Shown: piece after piece, positions 30,760 to 41,210 of the stretch
How the letters are laid out: each line of letters starts with the position of its first letter
Position numbering within the stretch: the first letter of the stretch is position 1
Source of the DNA: Chloroflexota bacterium
Lineage (GTDB): Bacteria > Chloroflexota > Dehalococcoidia > SM23-28-2 > RBG-16-64-32
Length of the DNA stretch: 56,626 nucleotides
Assembly: GCA_005882985.1 (NCBI GenBank)
Contig: VBEJ01000038.1
Span: 1 to 56,626, forward strand
Direction: 5' to 3'
Notes under the pieces: generated by a model
What the model was told of the DNA's origin: nothing
The model's database searches: none
Seen by the model: the letters and a program-made list of their open reading frames with translations, nothing else
Position numbers and translations under genes: made by a program

Positions 30760-32118
30760 ATGGTAACAAGGATCGAACCCGGCGACGCCGACCCGGCTGC
30801 TCGCATTGAAGAGCTCCTCACCGGCGACAACGTCGAGGCCGCCGCCGAGCTACTCGCGGACATGCATCCGGCTGACCAGGCGGACCTCTATGACCGCCTC
30901 GACGATGCTGAGCGCGAGACGATGCTCGCGCTGCTGTCCACCGAGGCACGGGCCCAACTGCTCGAGCACCTCGACGAAGAAACGCTCGAGGAGATCGCTC
31001 AGCGACTGCCCCGCGTGGAGCTTCCTAGAGTGCTTGATATCACTAAGAACGACATTGCTGCCGACGTGCTGCGAATGCTTCCGCCCGCGGAGGCCGCCCG
31101 TGCGCTGGCGCAGATGCAAACAGCATCCGATGTAACACCGCTGCTCATCCACCCGGACGAGAGCGCCGGCGGCCTGATGACGCGCGGGTTTGTGGCGCTC
31201 CATAAAGACATGACTGTCGGGGAGGCGATCACCTTACTGCGGGCGCGCAAGCCACTCGCCGAAGAGGCCTATTACCTGTACGTCCTCGACGCGCGAAACC
31301 GCCTCGAAGGCATCGTAAACCTGCGGCAACTTGTCGTCGCCGACCGGGACGTCAGGATAGAAGAGGTAATGACCCGCGACGTGGTGTCAGTGCGGCCCGA
31401 TACCGACCAGGAGGAAGCGGCCAACCTCCTCCAGCATTACCGTCTGCGCGCGCTCCCCGTCGTCGACGCATCCGGCGTGCTCAGCGGGATCATCACCGCG
31501 GATGACATCATCGACGTGATCGCCGAAGAAGCCACTGAAGACATGTACCGCATGGCGGGCCTCCCTGGGGACGAGAGCATCTTCGCGCCGGTCCGGGTTT
31601 CGGCCCAGCGGAGAATTCCCTGGCTGATGGTCAATCTCGCCACCGCGTTTCTGGCAGGCGGCATGGTCCTCATTTTCGAGGGGACGATCGCTAGGGCCGC
31701 CGGCCTCGCCGTCTTCATGCCGATCATCGCCGGTCAGGGCGGCAATGCGGGCATTCAGACGATTACCATCGTCGTACGCAGCCTCGCTCTCGGCGAAATA
31801 GAGCCGCGCGACGCGAACCGCATCCTGAACAAGGAGATAATGCTCGGTGTGATACGCGGCGTTCTCTTCGGGCTGATCGTCGGTATCGCCGCCTTCCTCT
31901 GGAAGGGCGAATGGGGGTGGGGGTTCGTGGTTGGTACAGCCATGCTTCTCAACATGCTGGTCGCGGGCCTGTTGGGAACGGTCATACCGCTCGGCATGAA
32001 GGCGTTTCGCCTGGACCCGGCGATCGCCTCCGGGGTTTTCCTCACCACCTTCACCGACATGCTCGGTTTCCTGTTCCTGCTCGGCCTCGCCACGCTGCTG
32101 ATTGACCAACTGACGTAG
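30760..32118 (+). CDS. mgtE: Magnesium transporter MgtE
   Basis: HPAD, tandem CBS domains (SAGGLMT, LPVVD, GIITADD), GGNAGIQ, DPAIASG..TT.TD. Confidence 0.93.
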   Translation: MVTRIEPGDADPAARIEELLTGDNVEAAAELLADMHPADQADLYDRLDDAERETMLALLSTEARAQLLEHLDEETLEEIAQRLPRVELPRVLDITKNDIAADVLRMLPPAEAARALAQMQTASDVTPLLIHPDESAGGLMTRGFVALHKDMTVGEAITLLRARKPLAEEAYYLYVLDARNRLEGIVNLRQLVVADRDVRIEEVMTRDVVSVRPDTDQEEAANLLQHYRLRALPVVDASGVLSGIITADDIIDVIAEEATEDMYRMAGLPGDESIFAPVRVSAQRRIPWLMVNLATAFLAGGMVLIFEGTIARAAGLAVFMPIIAGQGGNAGIQTITIVVRSLALGEIEPRDANRILNKEIMLGVIRGVLFGLIVGIAAFLWKGEWGWGFVVGTAMLLNMLVAGLLGTVIPLGMKAFRLDPAIASGVFLTTFTDMLGFLFLLGLATLLIDQLT

Positions 32119-32137
32119 CCAACCGCCGTTCAGTTCC

Positions 32138-32166
32138 TTGACCGCCTCGGGGTCTCGTGCTACGCT
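32138..32166 (+). promoter_or_regulatory. Putative sigma70 promoter for tRNA-His
   Basis: TTGACC-17 bp-TACGCT with an extended TG. Confidence 0.55.
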
Positions 32167-32222
32167 TCCGATTGGCCCCGGAGACGGGGCTGTTTTTCCC
32201 GCTGGCGGCGGGAGCGCGACGT

Positions 32223-32299
32223 GGTGGGCGTAGCGTAGCGGTTAACGCGCCAGGTTGTGGCCCTGGAGATCACGGGTTCAAATCCCGTCGTCCACCCCA
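32223..32299 (+). tRNA. tRNA-His (anticodon GTG)
   Basis: G-1 plus GTGGGCG/CGTCCAC acceptor stem, C73, CCAGG-TTGTGGC-CCTGG anticodon arm, GGTTCAAATCC, CCA. Confidence 0.95.
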
Positions 32300-32343
32300 A
32301 ACATTCTTTCTGCTTCAGGCCTCTCCGCCTTACACTTACTCTT

Positions 32344-33168
32344 ATGGCTGTATCAGCACTCGCTTGCCAGCGATGCGGCGCCCAGGTCCTGGCCGGTGCT
32401 GCTTTCTGTCAGAATTGCGGCGCCACGCTGGATGTCACCAGGGCGCAGACGGACAGAATGCCTTGGACGCCGGCCGACGTTCTTAAAGCGATCGGCATCG
32501 TTGTCGCCGTCCTGATCGGCACCTCGATTCCGGCCAGCATCAGCGCGCTCGTTATCGCGGGAAATGAGGACATTGAAAAGGATTCTCTGGCTCTCACGGT
32601 AGCGCTCGCTGCAAGCGTATTCCTCGAAATTGGCCTTCTTGCGGCGGCGATTTACTTCAGCATTCGCAAGTATCGACTTCCTTGGTCGGCTCTCGGGCTC
32701 CGCTGGCCGCAGCAGGGCGGCGTCTGGACGACTGCCGGATTGGTGTTCGGTCTTCTGATCGCGGGACTCGTTGTGAGCTTTGCGTACTTCGGGGCTCTCG
32801 CCGTGGTCGGAATTGAGCCGGACACCGAGATTAAGGAGACATATCAGAGCGCGGGGCCGCTCATCGTTCTTGCGATGCTTTCGCTTTTCTTCGCGCCGTT
32901 TGCTGAAGAGGTCTTCTTCCGCGGCTTCGTGTTTGGCGGTCTGCGCGGCCGGTGGGGGACCGCGTGGGCAGCAGTTGCGAGCGGGGCGTTGTTCGCGCTT
33001 GCGCACATCGGCAATCCGGGGACGATCTACCTTCTCCCTCCTGTGGCCGCTATCGGTGCTCTATTCGCTCTCGGCTATGCCTACTCAGGCTCAATCTTGA
33101 CCAGTCTGCTCGCTCACTTCCTGTTCAACTTGTTTGCCCTCGGCGCCGGCATCGCCGAGTATTCATGA
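32344..33168 (+). CDS. CPBP (CAAX/Abi) intramembrane metalloprotease with an N-terminal zinc ribbon
   Basis: CQRC..FCQNCG zinc ribbon; EEVFFRG, FALAH and HFLFN motifs. Confidence 0.88.
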   Translation: MAVSALACQRCGAQVLAGAAFCQNCGATLDVTRAQTDRMPWTPADVLKAIGIVVAVLIGTSIPASISALVIAGNEDIEKDSLALTVALAASVFLEIGLLAAAIYFSIRKYRLPWSALGLRWPQQGGVWTTAGLVFGLLIAGLVVSFAYFGALAVVGIEPDTEIKETYQSAGPLIVLAMLSLFFAPFAEEVFFRGFVFGGLRGRWGTAWAAVASGALFALAHIGNPGTIYLLPPVAAIGALFALGYAYSGSILTSLLAHFLFNLFALGAGIAEYS

Positions 33169-33998
33169 GCGCGGACGGGGCGCATAACCTGCCGCCCGGC
33201 CGAATCGAATCAGCGTTCGCCCGCATGAAGGCCGAAGGCCGAACGGGGTTCGTCGCCTTCCTTACAGTGGGCTATCCAGACGTTGAGTCGACGCTGCGCT
33301 TATTGCCCGCGCTGGTTGAAGGCGGCGCCGATATCATCGAGCTCGGCATACCGTTCTCAGATCCGCTAGCCGAAGGGCCGACTATCCAGCACTCGTCCTA
33401 TCGTGCGCTTCAGCAGGGTGTGACCCCCCGGCTGTGCCTGGACGTGGCTGCGAAGCTTCGCCAGTTGGGCGTTGAGACACCGCTTGTGCCGATGGGCTAC
33501 TACAACCCGATACTCGCCTACGGGATCGAGGCATTTGTGAGCGATGCTGCTTCTGCTGGCGTCGACGGTCTAGTCGTGGTAGACCTGCCGCCTGAGGAAT
33601 CCGCACCCGTGCGCGAAGCCTGCCTGGCTAAAAATCTCCGCCTGATCTACCTCCTTGCGCCCACGAGCACCGATGAGCGGATTAAGCTCGTCGCGTCGAT
33701 GGCGTCGGGCTTCATCTATTGCGTGAGCATCACCGGTGTCACGGGCGCGCGCGATGAGCTTCATCCGGGACTTGAAGAGTTCGTCAAGCGAGTCCGAAGC
33801 AATACACACTTGCCAATCGCGGTAGGATTTGGTATATCTCAGCCTAAGCACTTTCAGGCAGTGGGGCAGATCGCCGACGCTGCCGTCATCGGAAGCGCGA
33901 TCATCGACGAGATCGGCAAGAGCGATCCGTCACAGCAAGCAGCGAGGTTGAGAGAATATGCGGAGGTGGTCACCGGCCAGCGGAGGGCAGCCACTTAG
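33165..33998 (+). CDS. trpA: Tryptophan synthase alpha chain
   Basis: ELGIPFSDPLAEGPTIQ, MGYYNP, DLPPEE, GVTGAR, VGFGIS; ATGA-coupled to the CPBP gene. Confidence 0.96.
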   Translation: MSADGAHNLPPGRIESAFARMKAEGRTGFVAFLTVGYPDVESTLRLLPALVEGGADIIELGIPFSDPLAEGPTIQHSSYRALQQGVTPRLCLDVAAKLRQLGVETPLVPMGYYNPILAYGIEAFVSDAASAGVDGLVVVDLPPEESAPVREACLAKNLRLIYLLAPTSTDERIKLVASMASGFIYCVSITGVTGARDELHPGLEEFVKRVRSNTHLPIAVGFGISQPKHFQAVGQIADAAVIGSAIIDEIGKSDPSQQAARLREYAEVVTGQRRAAT

Positions 33999-34113
33999 GG
34001 CCGCTCGGATTCTCGCCTACGGCGAGAATTCCGTCGGCCGTGTCTATCGTGGCGGCTCCCGGGCCGGCGTTTTTGGCTCGCGCTAACCGTCCGGTCCGGC
34101 CGGAGGGTTCAGC

Positions 34114-34485
34114 ATGCTGACCAGGGGCGTGAGAGGGGCCACGACCATAGAGGCAAACTCCCCCGAGTCCATCCTCGACGCGACCAGAGAGCTCCTCGCC
34201 GCGATGCTGAAGGCCAATGACCTGGACGTGGAATACGTCGCCTCGGCCTTCTTCACCGTCACACCCGATCTAAACGCTGAATTCCCAGCCATCGCGGCAA
34301 GGAACATGGGCTGGAATACCGTTGCGCTCCTCTGTGGGCACGAGATGAACAAGCCTGGGGCTCTGCCGATGACGCTGAGGGTGCTCCTCCACGTCAATAC
34401 CGAAAAGGCGGCGCGTGAAATCAAGCACGTCTACCTGAGAGGCGCGCGGGTCCTTCGGCCGGACATCGATACCGAGATACGTTAG
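34114..34485 (+). CDS. aroH: Chorismate mutase, AroH class
   Basis: RGVRGATT, FTVTPDL.AEFPA.AAR, HVYL.GA..LRPD. Confidence 0.95.
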   Translation: MLTRGVRGATTIEANSPESILDATRELLAAMLKANDLDVEYVASAFFTVTPDLNAEFPAIAARNMGWNTVALLCGHEMNKPGALPMTLRVLLHVNTEKAAREIKHVYLRGARVLRPDIDTEIR

Positions 34486-34526
34486 AGCGCAGGGCGCGTC
34501 TTATCTAGGGCAAGGAGAAAAACATC

Positions 34527-35582
34527 ATGATCGTCGTCATGAAGACCAATGCAACGGAAAATCAGGTCGTTGGGGTACAAAAGGCGATACGGGAACTCGG
34601 CTTCAAAGACCACCGCATTCATGGTGAAGAGCGCAATGTTGTGGCCGTCCTTGGGCACGTCTACCCGGAGCTCGTCGACGAACTCGGCGTCCTCGAGGGT
34701 GTCGACACGGTCGTCCGCATCAGCAAGCCCTTCAAACTGGCGAGCCGCGAGGTCAACCCATACGACACGATCGTTCGCGTCGGCCCTGTGAAGATTGGGG
34801 GCGGCAGCATCGTGGTTATGGGCGGGCCGTGTTCCGTCGATACAGAAGAGAACGTCCTCGAAGCAGCGAGGGCCGTGAAGGCCGCGGGTGGGCACATCCT
34901 TCGGGGTGGCGCCTTCAAGCCGCGCACCAGTCCATACGCGTTCCGGGGCCACGGCGAGAAGGGACTGCACATCCTCGCGGCGGCCCGTGCCGAAACGGGG
35001 CTGCCGGTAGTCACAGAGGTGATGGATGCTAGGGATGTCCAGCTCGTCGCCAAGCATGCCGACATCCTTCAGATAGGCGCCCGCAATTCGCAGAACTACA
35101 CGCTGCTCGATGAAGTCGGCCGCTCCGGCAAGCCGGTCCTCCTGAAGCGCGGAATGTCTTCCACAATTGAAGAGTGGTTGCTCGCCGCGGAGTACATCCT
35201 ATCTCACGGCAACCGCGATGTGATCCTCTGCGAACGCGGCATCCGCACCTTCGAGACGGCGACGCGCTTCACCTTCGATGTCAACGCCATCCCCCTTGTT
35301 AAGAAGCTCTCTCACCTCCCCCTGATCGGCGACCCTAGCCACGCGACCGGTAAGTGGGACCTAGTGGAACCGGTCGCGCTGGCCGCGATCGCTGCCGGAG
35401 CCGATGGTCTTGAGGTGGAGGTGCACCCGAATCCAGACCACGCGTTGTCGGACGGAGCGCAGTCGCTGACGCCGAAGAACTTCGCCAAGCTCATGGACAG
35501 GGCACGCACCCTCGGCGACGCCATTGGCAGGCCGGTCGCTCCCGCATACAACGAGCCGGTCGCCGCTCGGAAGGCCTCCTGA
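34527..35582 (+). CDS. aroF: DAHP synthase type I-beta with an N-terminal regulatory domain
   Basis: [36 protein letters not shown]. Confidence 0.95.
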   Translation: MIVVMKTNATENQVVGVQKAIRELGFKDHRIHGEERNVVAVLGHVYPELVDELGVLEGVDTVVRISKPFKLASREVNPYDTIVRVGPVKIGGGSIVVMGGPCSVDTEENVLEAARAVKAAGGHILRGGAFKPRTSPYAFRGHGEKGLHILAAARAETGLPVVTEVMDARDVQLVAKHADILQIGARNSQNYTLLDEVGRSGKPVLLKRGMSSTIEEWLLAAEYILSHGNRDVILCERGIRTFETATRFTFDVNAIPLVKKLSHLPLIGDPSHATGKWDLVEPVALAAIAAGADGLEVEVHPNPDHALSDGAQSLTPKNFAKLMDRARTLGDAIGRPVAPAYNEPVAARKAS

Positions 35583-35701
35583 TCCGCATTTCCACGGGAG
35601 GGTCGAGGTACCTCTCGCCCCTCGAAGTGCCTTGACCGGTGATTCCCTATCCCGCACCCTAATCGCATGACTCCGTTTGTTCCGCAGAGGGACCCCTGGC
35701 G

Positions 35702-36709
35702 ATGACACCTCGCAACCGCCAGGCTAAGCGGAGCCCGCGTTCCGGCACGCGAGACCGCCCGACCGCGAAAGGATCAGTTGCCAAAGAAACGTCTGCCCTC
35801 AGACGCCGGGCCCCTCGACGGAGCGACAAGGCTGGTTCGACAGCGCTTGATTCTAGCCTCGTGCGAAATCTCGTCGCCGCTGCTCTAAGCGAAGATCGCG
35901 TGGCGGACGACGTTACTACGAGCGCTCTCGCGCCGAGTGACCAGACTGGTCGGGCGATAATCACCGCGCAGGCCGAAGGCATTCTCGCCGGCCTCCCGAT
36001 CGCTCAAGCAGCGTTTCTTCAGGTCGACCCGGAGTTCGGGTGGACTGGCGAGAAGACGGATGGCGACCGCATTTCGCCCGGGGACAGGATCGCGACGCTC
36101 GATGGCTCCTTGGCGTCGATCCTGCGCGCCGAGCGAGTCGCTCTCAATTTCGTCACGCACCTGAGCGGCGTGGCGAGTATGGCTGCTACGGTCGTTGCCC
36201 TATTGGCGGGTAGCAATTGTCGCCTGCGCGACACGCGTAAGACGACCCCTGGACTTCGCACCCTCGAGAAGTATGCCGTTCGGATCGGCGGCGGCGCGAA
36301 CCATCGCTTTGACCTGTCAGACGGCGTGCTCATCAAAGACAACCACCTCGCCGCGCTCCGCGCCCGTTTGCCGGCAGCAACCGACCCTATTCAAGAAGCG
36401 ATTCGCCTCGCCCGCAAGGACAATCCGAACATTCCGATTGAGATCGAGGTCACCAGCCTGGACGAAGCTCAGAGGGCAATTCAGGCCAGCGCCGACGAGC
36501 TCCTGCTGGACAATATGTCGCTGCGTGACATGAAGGACGCCGTGCGCCTAGCCGCCAGGCGGAAGCCGCGGGCTCTACTCGAGGCCTCCGGTGGAATCAC
36601 CTTAACCAGCGCGCGTGCCGTCGCCGACGTCGGCGTCGACTTCATCTCGATGGGCGCAATCACGCATTCAGCGCCGGCTTTGGATTTGAGCCTGGAAATC
36701 GAGGCTTAG
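35702..36709 (+). CDS. nadC: Nicotinate-nucleotide diphosphorylase (quinolinate phosphoribosyltransferase)
   Basis: [30 protein letters not shown]; start uncertain (Arg-rich N-terminal ~50 aa). Confidence 0.93.
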   Translation: MTPRNRQAKRSPRSGTRDRPTAKGSVAKETSALRRRAPRRSDKAGSTALDSSLVRNLVAAALSEDRVADDVTTSALAPSDQTGRAIITAQAEGILAGLPIAQAAFLQVDPEFGWTGEKTDGDRISPGDRIATLDGSLASILRAERVALNFVTHLSGVASMAATVVALLAGSNCRLRDTRKTTPGLRTLEKYAVRIGGGANHRFDLSDGVLIKDNHLAALRARLPAATDPIQEAIRLARKDNPNIPIEIEVTSLDEAQRAIQASADELLLDNMSLRDMKDAVRLAARRKPRALLEASGGITLTSARAVADVGVDFISMGAITHSAPALDLSLEIEA

Positions 36710-36792
36710 CCGGAGTGATGACAAATTCGAAAAAGAGGTCCGCCGAGGCGGCCCTCGGGCGATCTGCTTTGACTGATCGGTCGTCTACTGGG

Positions 36793-37026
36793 CTACGACT
36801 GAGGGAACACGATCGCGATAACCGGCTGTATCAACCAGCCGACTGCGTAGCCCACGACCATCGTCATCAGAACCGTAAACGCCGCCTCTCCGGTCGGGAG
36901 TGGTTCCCCGAACTCAGAAGCGACGCTGACCACGCACAAAAGCCCGAAGATGAAACCGATGTACCCGGTTATCGTCCCTGCACTGTGCCTCTGGGCTCGT
37001 CTCATTGTCGGCTCCCGGTTTTCCAT
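36793..37026 (-). CDS. Small two-TM membrane protein
   Basis: Two hydrophobic segments; AT-rich upstream region. Confidence 0.55.
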   Translation of the reverse strand: MENREPTMRRAQRHSAGTITGYIGFIFGLLCVVSVASEFGEPLPTGEAAFTVLMTMVVGYAVGWLIQPVIAIVFPQS

Positions 37027-37255
37027 TCTACACCCCGCTCATACAAAATTCATATACCATTCTTATAATTTCCATAACACTTAATAGCGGCCTAGTGTCG
37101 GCATCTTGAAAGATGCGCTGCGGCGCCGGTGCGTTACGGCCCTAGTCTGTGAGAAGTTTGGTCAGCGCCGATCGCACACGAGAAGGCCGTTCGAACAGGA
37201 GGAACACGAGCGAGGCAATCCCGGTGGGACGTCGCACACGACGGGAGGCGAATGC

Positions 37256-37720
37256 CTAGGTCCGCCGCGGCCGCTGTAACTCTTCGCTGTCGATCACAAT
37301 CGTGACCGGTCCATCGTTCACGAGTTCGACCGCCATCTTCCCGCCGAAGCGGCCGGTTTGGACGCGGATTCCTGCGTGTCGCATTTCAGCGGCGAATGCC
37401 TCTACCAGAGGTTCAGCTGTTTTGGGTTCGGCAGCTTCGATGAAATTGGGCCGCCGTCCCCGCCGCGTGTCAGCTAGTAGAGTGAACTGGCTTACTACGA
37501 GCGCCTCGCTCGCAACATCAAGTAGCGACAAATTGAACCGTCCGGCCTCGTCCGCGAAGATGCGGATTTCGGCAAATTTCCGCGCCAGCCGCCGCGCCTC
37601 CTCCTCGCTATCCGTGCGCGCCACGCCGACAAGGAGCAAGAGACCCTTTCCGATAGATGCGACCGTTTTGCCGTCCACGGCCACGGCCGCCCGGGTCACT
37701 CGCTGCAATACGACCCGCAT
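37256..37720 (-). CDS. dtd: D-aminoacyl-tRNA deacylase
   Basis: [24 protein letters not shown]. Confidence 0.95.
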   Translation of the reverse strand: MRVVLQRVTRAAVAVDGKTVASIGKGLLLLVGVARTDSEEEARRLARKFAEIRIFADEAGRFNLSLLDVASEALVVSQFTLLADTRRGRRPNFIEAAEPKTAEPLVEAFAAEMRHAGIRVQTGRFGGKMAVELVNDGPVTIVIDSEELQRPRRT

Positions 37721-37832
37721 GCGCCAATCATATCTGTCGTCTCGGGTGTGGTTGAGCGCTGATGACCGCGAATGGAAAGGGCGGGCCGTTTTTGGCGACC
37801 CGCCCAAGCTCGTTTGACGCGCTCGCTAGCTG

Positions 37833-38138
37833 CTAGTCCGCTGCCGTGGCCTCCGCCTTCGGCGTCGTCTCGCCGCTGCCAGACCCCACGCCACCGCCGT
37901 GATCTTCGCTCGACGTACTTCCCGAGTCCTTGTCCGCCGACTTGCCGTTACCCCCGCGTGAACTACTGCGATTGTCCGTGCTGTAAAAGCCCGGTCCTTT
38001 GAAGATCACGGCGGGCAGGCTGATTTGTCGCCGCGCGAGTTTCCCGCATATTAGGCATTGCTGTTCGCGGGGCGCGTCGAAACCCTCCGTCTTGTCGTAA
38101 TGATGGCCGTCGGCGCATCGATATTCGTAAACCGGCAC
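37833..38138 (-). CDS. FmdB-family zinc ribbon protein
   Basis: MPVYEYRC..GH...C..CG, FKGPGFYSTD. Confidence 0.88.
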   Translation of the reverse strand: MPVYEYRCADGHHYDKTEGFDAPREQQCLICGKLARRQISLPAVIFKGPGFYSTDNRSSSRGGNGKSADKDSGSTSSEDHGGGVGSGSGETTPKAEATAAD

Positions 38139-38309
38139 TCCTGGCTTGAACCTCCTCGGTAGGAAAAGCCGCCCCGCCTCAGCGGGACAGCCTCTTGTCT
38201 AATATAGCAAACGCTCAGCTACGTCGACAATAGATAGCAACGGCCGCGGCTCGCGCCGATAGGCTTCTGCTATACTTCTCCTTCGGAATAGCACAGTAAG
38301 GAGCGCCTA

Positions 38310-39245
38310 TTGTCAACACCCGTATCCATGAAGGCTTTGCTCGAAGCCGGGGTCCATTTCGGGCATCAGACCCGCCGATGGAACCCCAAAATGCGCAAAT
38401 TCATCTTCTCCGAGCGCAACGGCATCCACATCATTGATCTCCAGCAGACTGTAGACCGCCTCGAAGCGGCATGTGACTTCGTCAGCGACATGGTATCGAA
38501 CGGCGGGACGATCCTGTTCGTCGGCACCAAGCGCCAAGCTCAGGAGACGATCGAGGCTGAGGCCAAGCGCTGCGGAATGCCCTATGTAACTACACGATGG
38601 CTGGGCGGCACCCTCACGAACTTCGCCACGATACAGGGGCGTATCGACTACCTCGTTCGCACCGAAGATGCCAAGGCCCGTGGCGAGATGGACTATCTCG
38701 CAAAGAAAGAGCGACTGAAGCAGGAAGAGGAGCTGGCGCGCCTGAACCGCTATCTAGGAGGCATCAAGGCGATGACCGCTCTGCCGGGAGCGATTTACAT
38801 CGTAGATACCACGAAAGAAGACATCGCAGTCGCCGAGGCAGTGCGCATCGGAATTCCGATCGTCGCCCTCGTCGATACCAACTGCAACCCGGACGTAATC
38901 GACTATCCGATCCCGTCGAATGACGATGCGATCCGGGCGATCAAGTTAATAACCGCGCGGATCGCTGATGTCGTTCTCGAAGGCCTCACGGCTCGAGAGT
39001 ACGTTCAGCAGGCCGCGCTCGAAGCCGAGGACGTCGATGTGAAGGCCTACAGCGAGACCGGCTATATTGCGTCGCCGGACGAACCGTATCCCAGCGAAGT
39101 AGAAGCGCAGGCTGAAGCGGAGCCGGAAGACATGGCTGGCGCCGATCGCGCCGAGCCGCCGGCCAGCTCGAACGAGGCTGAGCCAGGCGCTGCCGAGCCG
39201 GTCGCCGAGCCCGCTGAAACGACCACTCCGGGTGAGCCCGGGTAG
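38310..39245 (+). CDS. rpsB: 30S ribosomal protein S2 (acidic C-terminal tail)
   Basis: [38 protein letters not shown]. Confidence 0.97.
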   Translation: MSTPVSMKALLEAGVHFGHQTRRWNPKMRKFIFSERNGIHIIDLQQTVDRLEAACDFVSDMVSNGGTILFVGTKRQAQETIEAEAKRCGMPYVTTRWLGGTLTNFATIQGRIDYLVRTEDAKARGEMDYLAKKERLKQEEELARLNRYLGGIKAMTALPGAIYIVDTTKEDIAVAEAVRIGIPIVALVDTNCNPDVIDYPIPSNDDAIRAIKLITARIADVVLEGLTAREYVQQAALEAEDVDVKAYSETGYIASPDEPYPSEVEAQAEAEPEDMAGADRAEPPASSNEAEPGAAEPVAEPAETTTPGEPG

Positions 39246-39263
39246 ACGTACGGAACCTTCGAG

Positions 39264-39788
39264 ATGACCTTTTCCACCGAAGAAGTTAAGCGACTGCGCG
39301 ATCTTACCGGTGCCGGAATGCTGGACTGCAAGAACGCACTTCAAGAAGCCGAGGGTGATCTAGAAAAGGCAAAGGATGTCCTCAGGCAGAGGGGCTTCGA
39401 GGCCGCCGCGAAGCGTTCGGAACGCGAGACCGCGGAGGGCGTCGTCCATTCGTACATCCATCACAACCGCCGCCTGGGAGCCCTCGTCGAAGTTAATTGC
39501 GAATCTGACTTCGTGGCCCGCACAGACGATTTCCAGAGGCTTGCGCAGCAGATTGCACTCCAGGTAGCTGCCGCAAACCCGCTATACATCTCCAAGGATG
39601 AAGTCACGAGCGGCACTGAAGGCGACCCAAAGGAGCTGTGCCTGCTCGAGCAACCGTTCGTTCAGGACGAATCGCGAACCATTCAGGACCTTCTAAGCGA
39701 CGTCATCAGCAAGACGGGTGAAAATATTCGTGTCCGCCGCTTCGCACGCTTCGAGCTCGGACGGTACGGCGAAAGGGCCACCCCATGA
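39264..39788 (+). CDS. tsf: Elongation factor Ts (short form)
   Basis: [32 protein letters not shown]. Confidence 0.95.
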   Translation: MTFSTEEVKRLRDLTGAGMLDCKNALQEAEGDLEKAKDVLRQRGFEAAAKRSERETAEGVVHSYIHHNRRLGALVEVNCESDFVARTDDFQRLAQQIALQVAAANPLYISKDEVTSGTEGDPKELCLLEQPFVQDESRTIQDLLSDVISKTGENIRVRRFARFELGRYGERATP

Positions 39789-40546
39789 CAGAGGAGCGTC
39801 CCTACAAGCGGATCCTGCTTAAGCTCAGCGGCGAAGCACTCCAGGGTGATCTCCCTTATGGCATCGACGCGGCGATGCTAGATACGATCGCTCAGCAGCT
39901 TAAGACAGTCCAAGAGATGGGCATCGAGGTCGCCATCGTCGTTGGAGGTGGAAACATCTTTCGCGGCGCCGCCGCCTCCGACGCGGGGATGGACCGGGCC
40001 ACCGGCGACTACGCTGGCATGCTCGCAACGATTATCAACGGGCTCGCCCTTCAGGACGCTCTTGAGCGCAACGGCGTTACCGTTCGCACGCAATCAGCCA
40101 TTACGGTGACAGCCGTGGCGGAACCGTACATTCGGCGTCGAGCCATGCGACACCTTGAGAAAGGCCGCGTCGTCCTCTTCGCAGCTGGGACTGGTAATCC
40201 CTACATGACGACAGACACCGCTGCGGCCCTTCGCGCCATCGAAATCGACGCTGATGTCCTGCTCATGGCGAAAAAGAACGTGGACGGCGTCTACGAGGCG
40301 GATCCCTTCCAGGACGAGACGGCACGTAAATTTGAAACGCTGTCTTATCTGGAGGCTCTCAACCGCCGGCTTCAGGTTATGGACTCCACCGCCTTAACGC
40401 TCTGCATGGAGAACTCCCTTCCACTGGTCGTCTTTGATCTGCGCCTGCCGGAGAGTATCGTGCGCGTTGCCGCGGGCGAGCACGCCGGGACAAGAGTCGG
40501 CGACCTGCCGACCGAATTCGCGAAGGCGCCGGCACCGGCCAGATAG
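39785..40546 (+). CDS. pyrH: UMP kinase
   Basis: [26 protein letters not shown]. Confidence 0.97.
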   Translation: MTEERPYKRILLKLSGEALQGDLPYGIDAAMLDTIAQQLKTVQEMGIEVAIVVGGGNIFRGAAASDAGMDRATGDYAGMLATIINGLALQDALERNGVTVRTQSAITVTAVAEPYIRRRAMRHLEKGRVVLFAAGTGNPYMTTDTAAALRAIEIDADVLLMAKKNVDGVYEADPFQDETARKFETLSYLEALNRRLQVMDSTALTLCMENSLPLVVFDLRLPESIVRVAAGEHAGTRVGDLPTEFAKAPAPAR

Positions 40547-40561
40547 ACGAGGAGCGATTGA

Positions 40562-41119
40562 GTGGTCCAAGAGCAGATCGACGATTCCAGAACAAGAATG
40601 CACAAGGCGGTCGAGTCTCTTCGCCAGGAACTCGGCAGCGTACGAACGGGACGCGCGAGCGCCGGGCTCGTCGAGCACCTTCGGGTGGAATACTACGGCA
40701 CACCCACCCCTCTAAATCAGCTCGCCACAATTTCTACGCCGGATGCGCGGCTTATCGTCATTCAGCCCTACGACCGAGGCTCCATGGGGGCAATCGAGAA
40801 GTCCATTCTGAGGTCGGACCTGGGATTGACGCCCTCGAACGACGGTACGGTCATTCGGCTCTCGATTCCGCCCCTGACTGACGAGCGTAGGCGCGAACTG
40901 GCCAAGCACGTACGAAAACGTGTGGAAGAAGCACGCGTTGCCGTCCGCAACGTTCGGCGCGACTGTCACGACCACATCCGTAAGTTGGAGCACGACCATA
41001 CGATCTCCCAGGACGACCTTCACCGCTCCGAGACTGAACTCCAGAAACTGACCGATGAGCAGGTCAAGGAAATCGACAAGGTCGGCGAAGTCAAGGAACA
41101 GGAACTGCTTGCCATTTGA
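40562..41119 (+). CDS. frr: Ribosome recycling factor
   Basis: RTGRA, YYG..TPLNQLA, PPLT.ERR, RNVRRD. Confidence 0.96.
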   Translation: MVQEQIDDSRTRMHKAVESLRQELGSVRTGRASAGLVEHLRVEYYGTPTPLNQLATISTPDARLIVIQPYDRGSMGAIEKSILRSDLGLTPSNDGTVIRLSIPPLTDERRRELAKHVRKRVEEARVAVRNVRRDCHDHIRKLEHDHTISQDDLHRSETELQKLTDEQVKEIDKVGEVKEQELLAI

Positions 41120-41210
41120 AAACTGCTCTGTTAGCGGCGGCAAATGGTTCGCTCAACCGCTCTAGTCACTCCTGCGCGTGACCCCACCCGCCCCCAAACG
41201 TTCTATACTG

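Noticed and set aside
30585-32299. tRNA-anchored genomic island or prophage
   Set aside because: No integrase, no duplicated tRNA 3' end seen, and the flanking genes are housekeeping.
32257-32343. ORF-track start of the CPBP gene
   Set aside because: It overlaps tRNA-His; ATG 32344 precedes the zinc ribbon.
39264-39788. Truncated or pseudogene tsf
   Set aside because: Short EF-Ts forms are normal in several phyla; the motifs and coupling to pyrH are intact.
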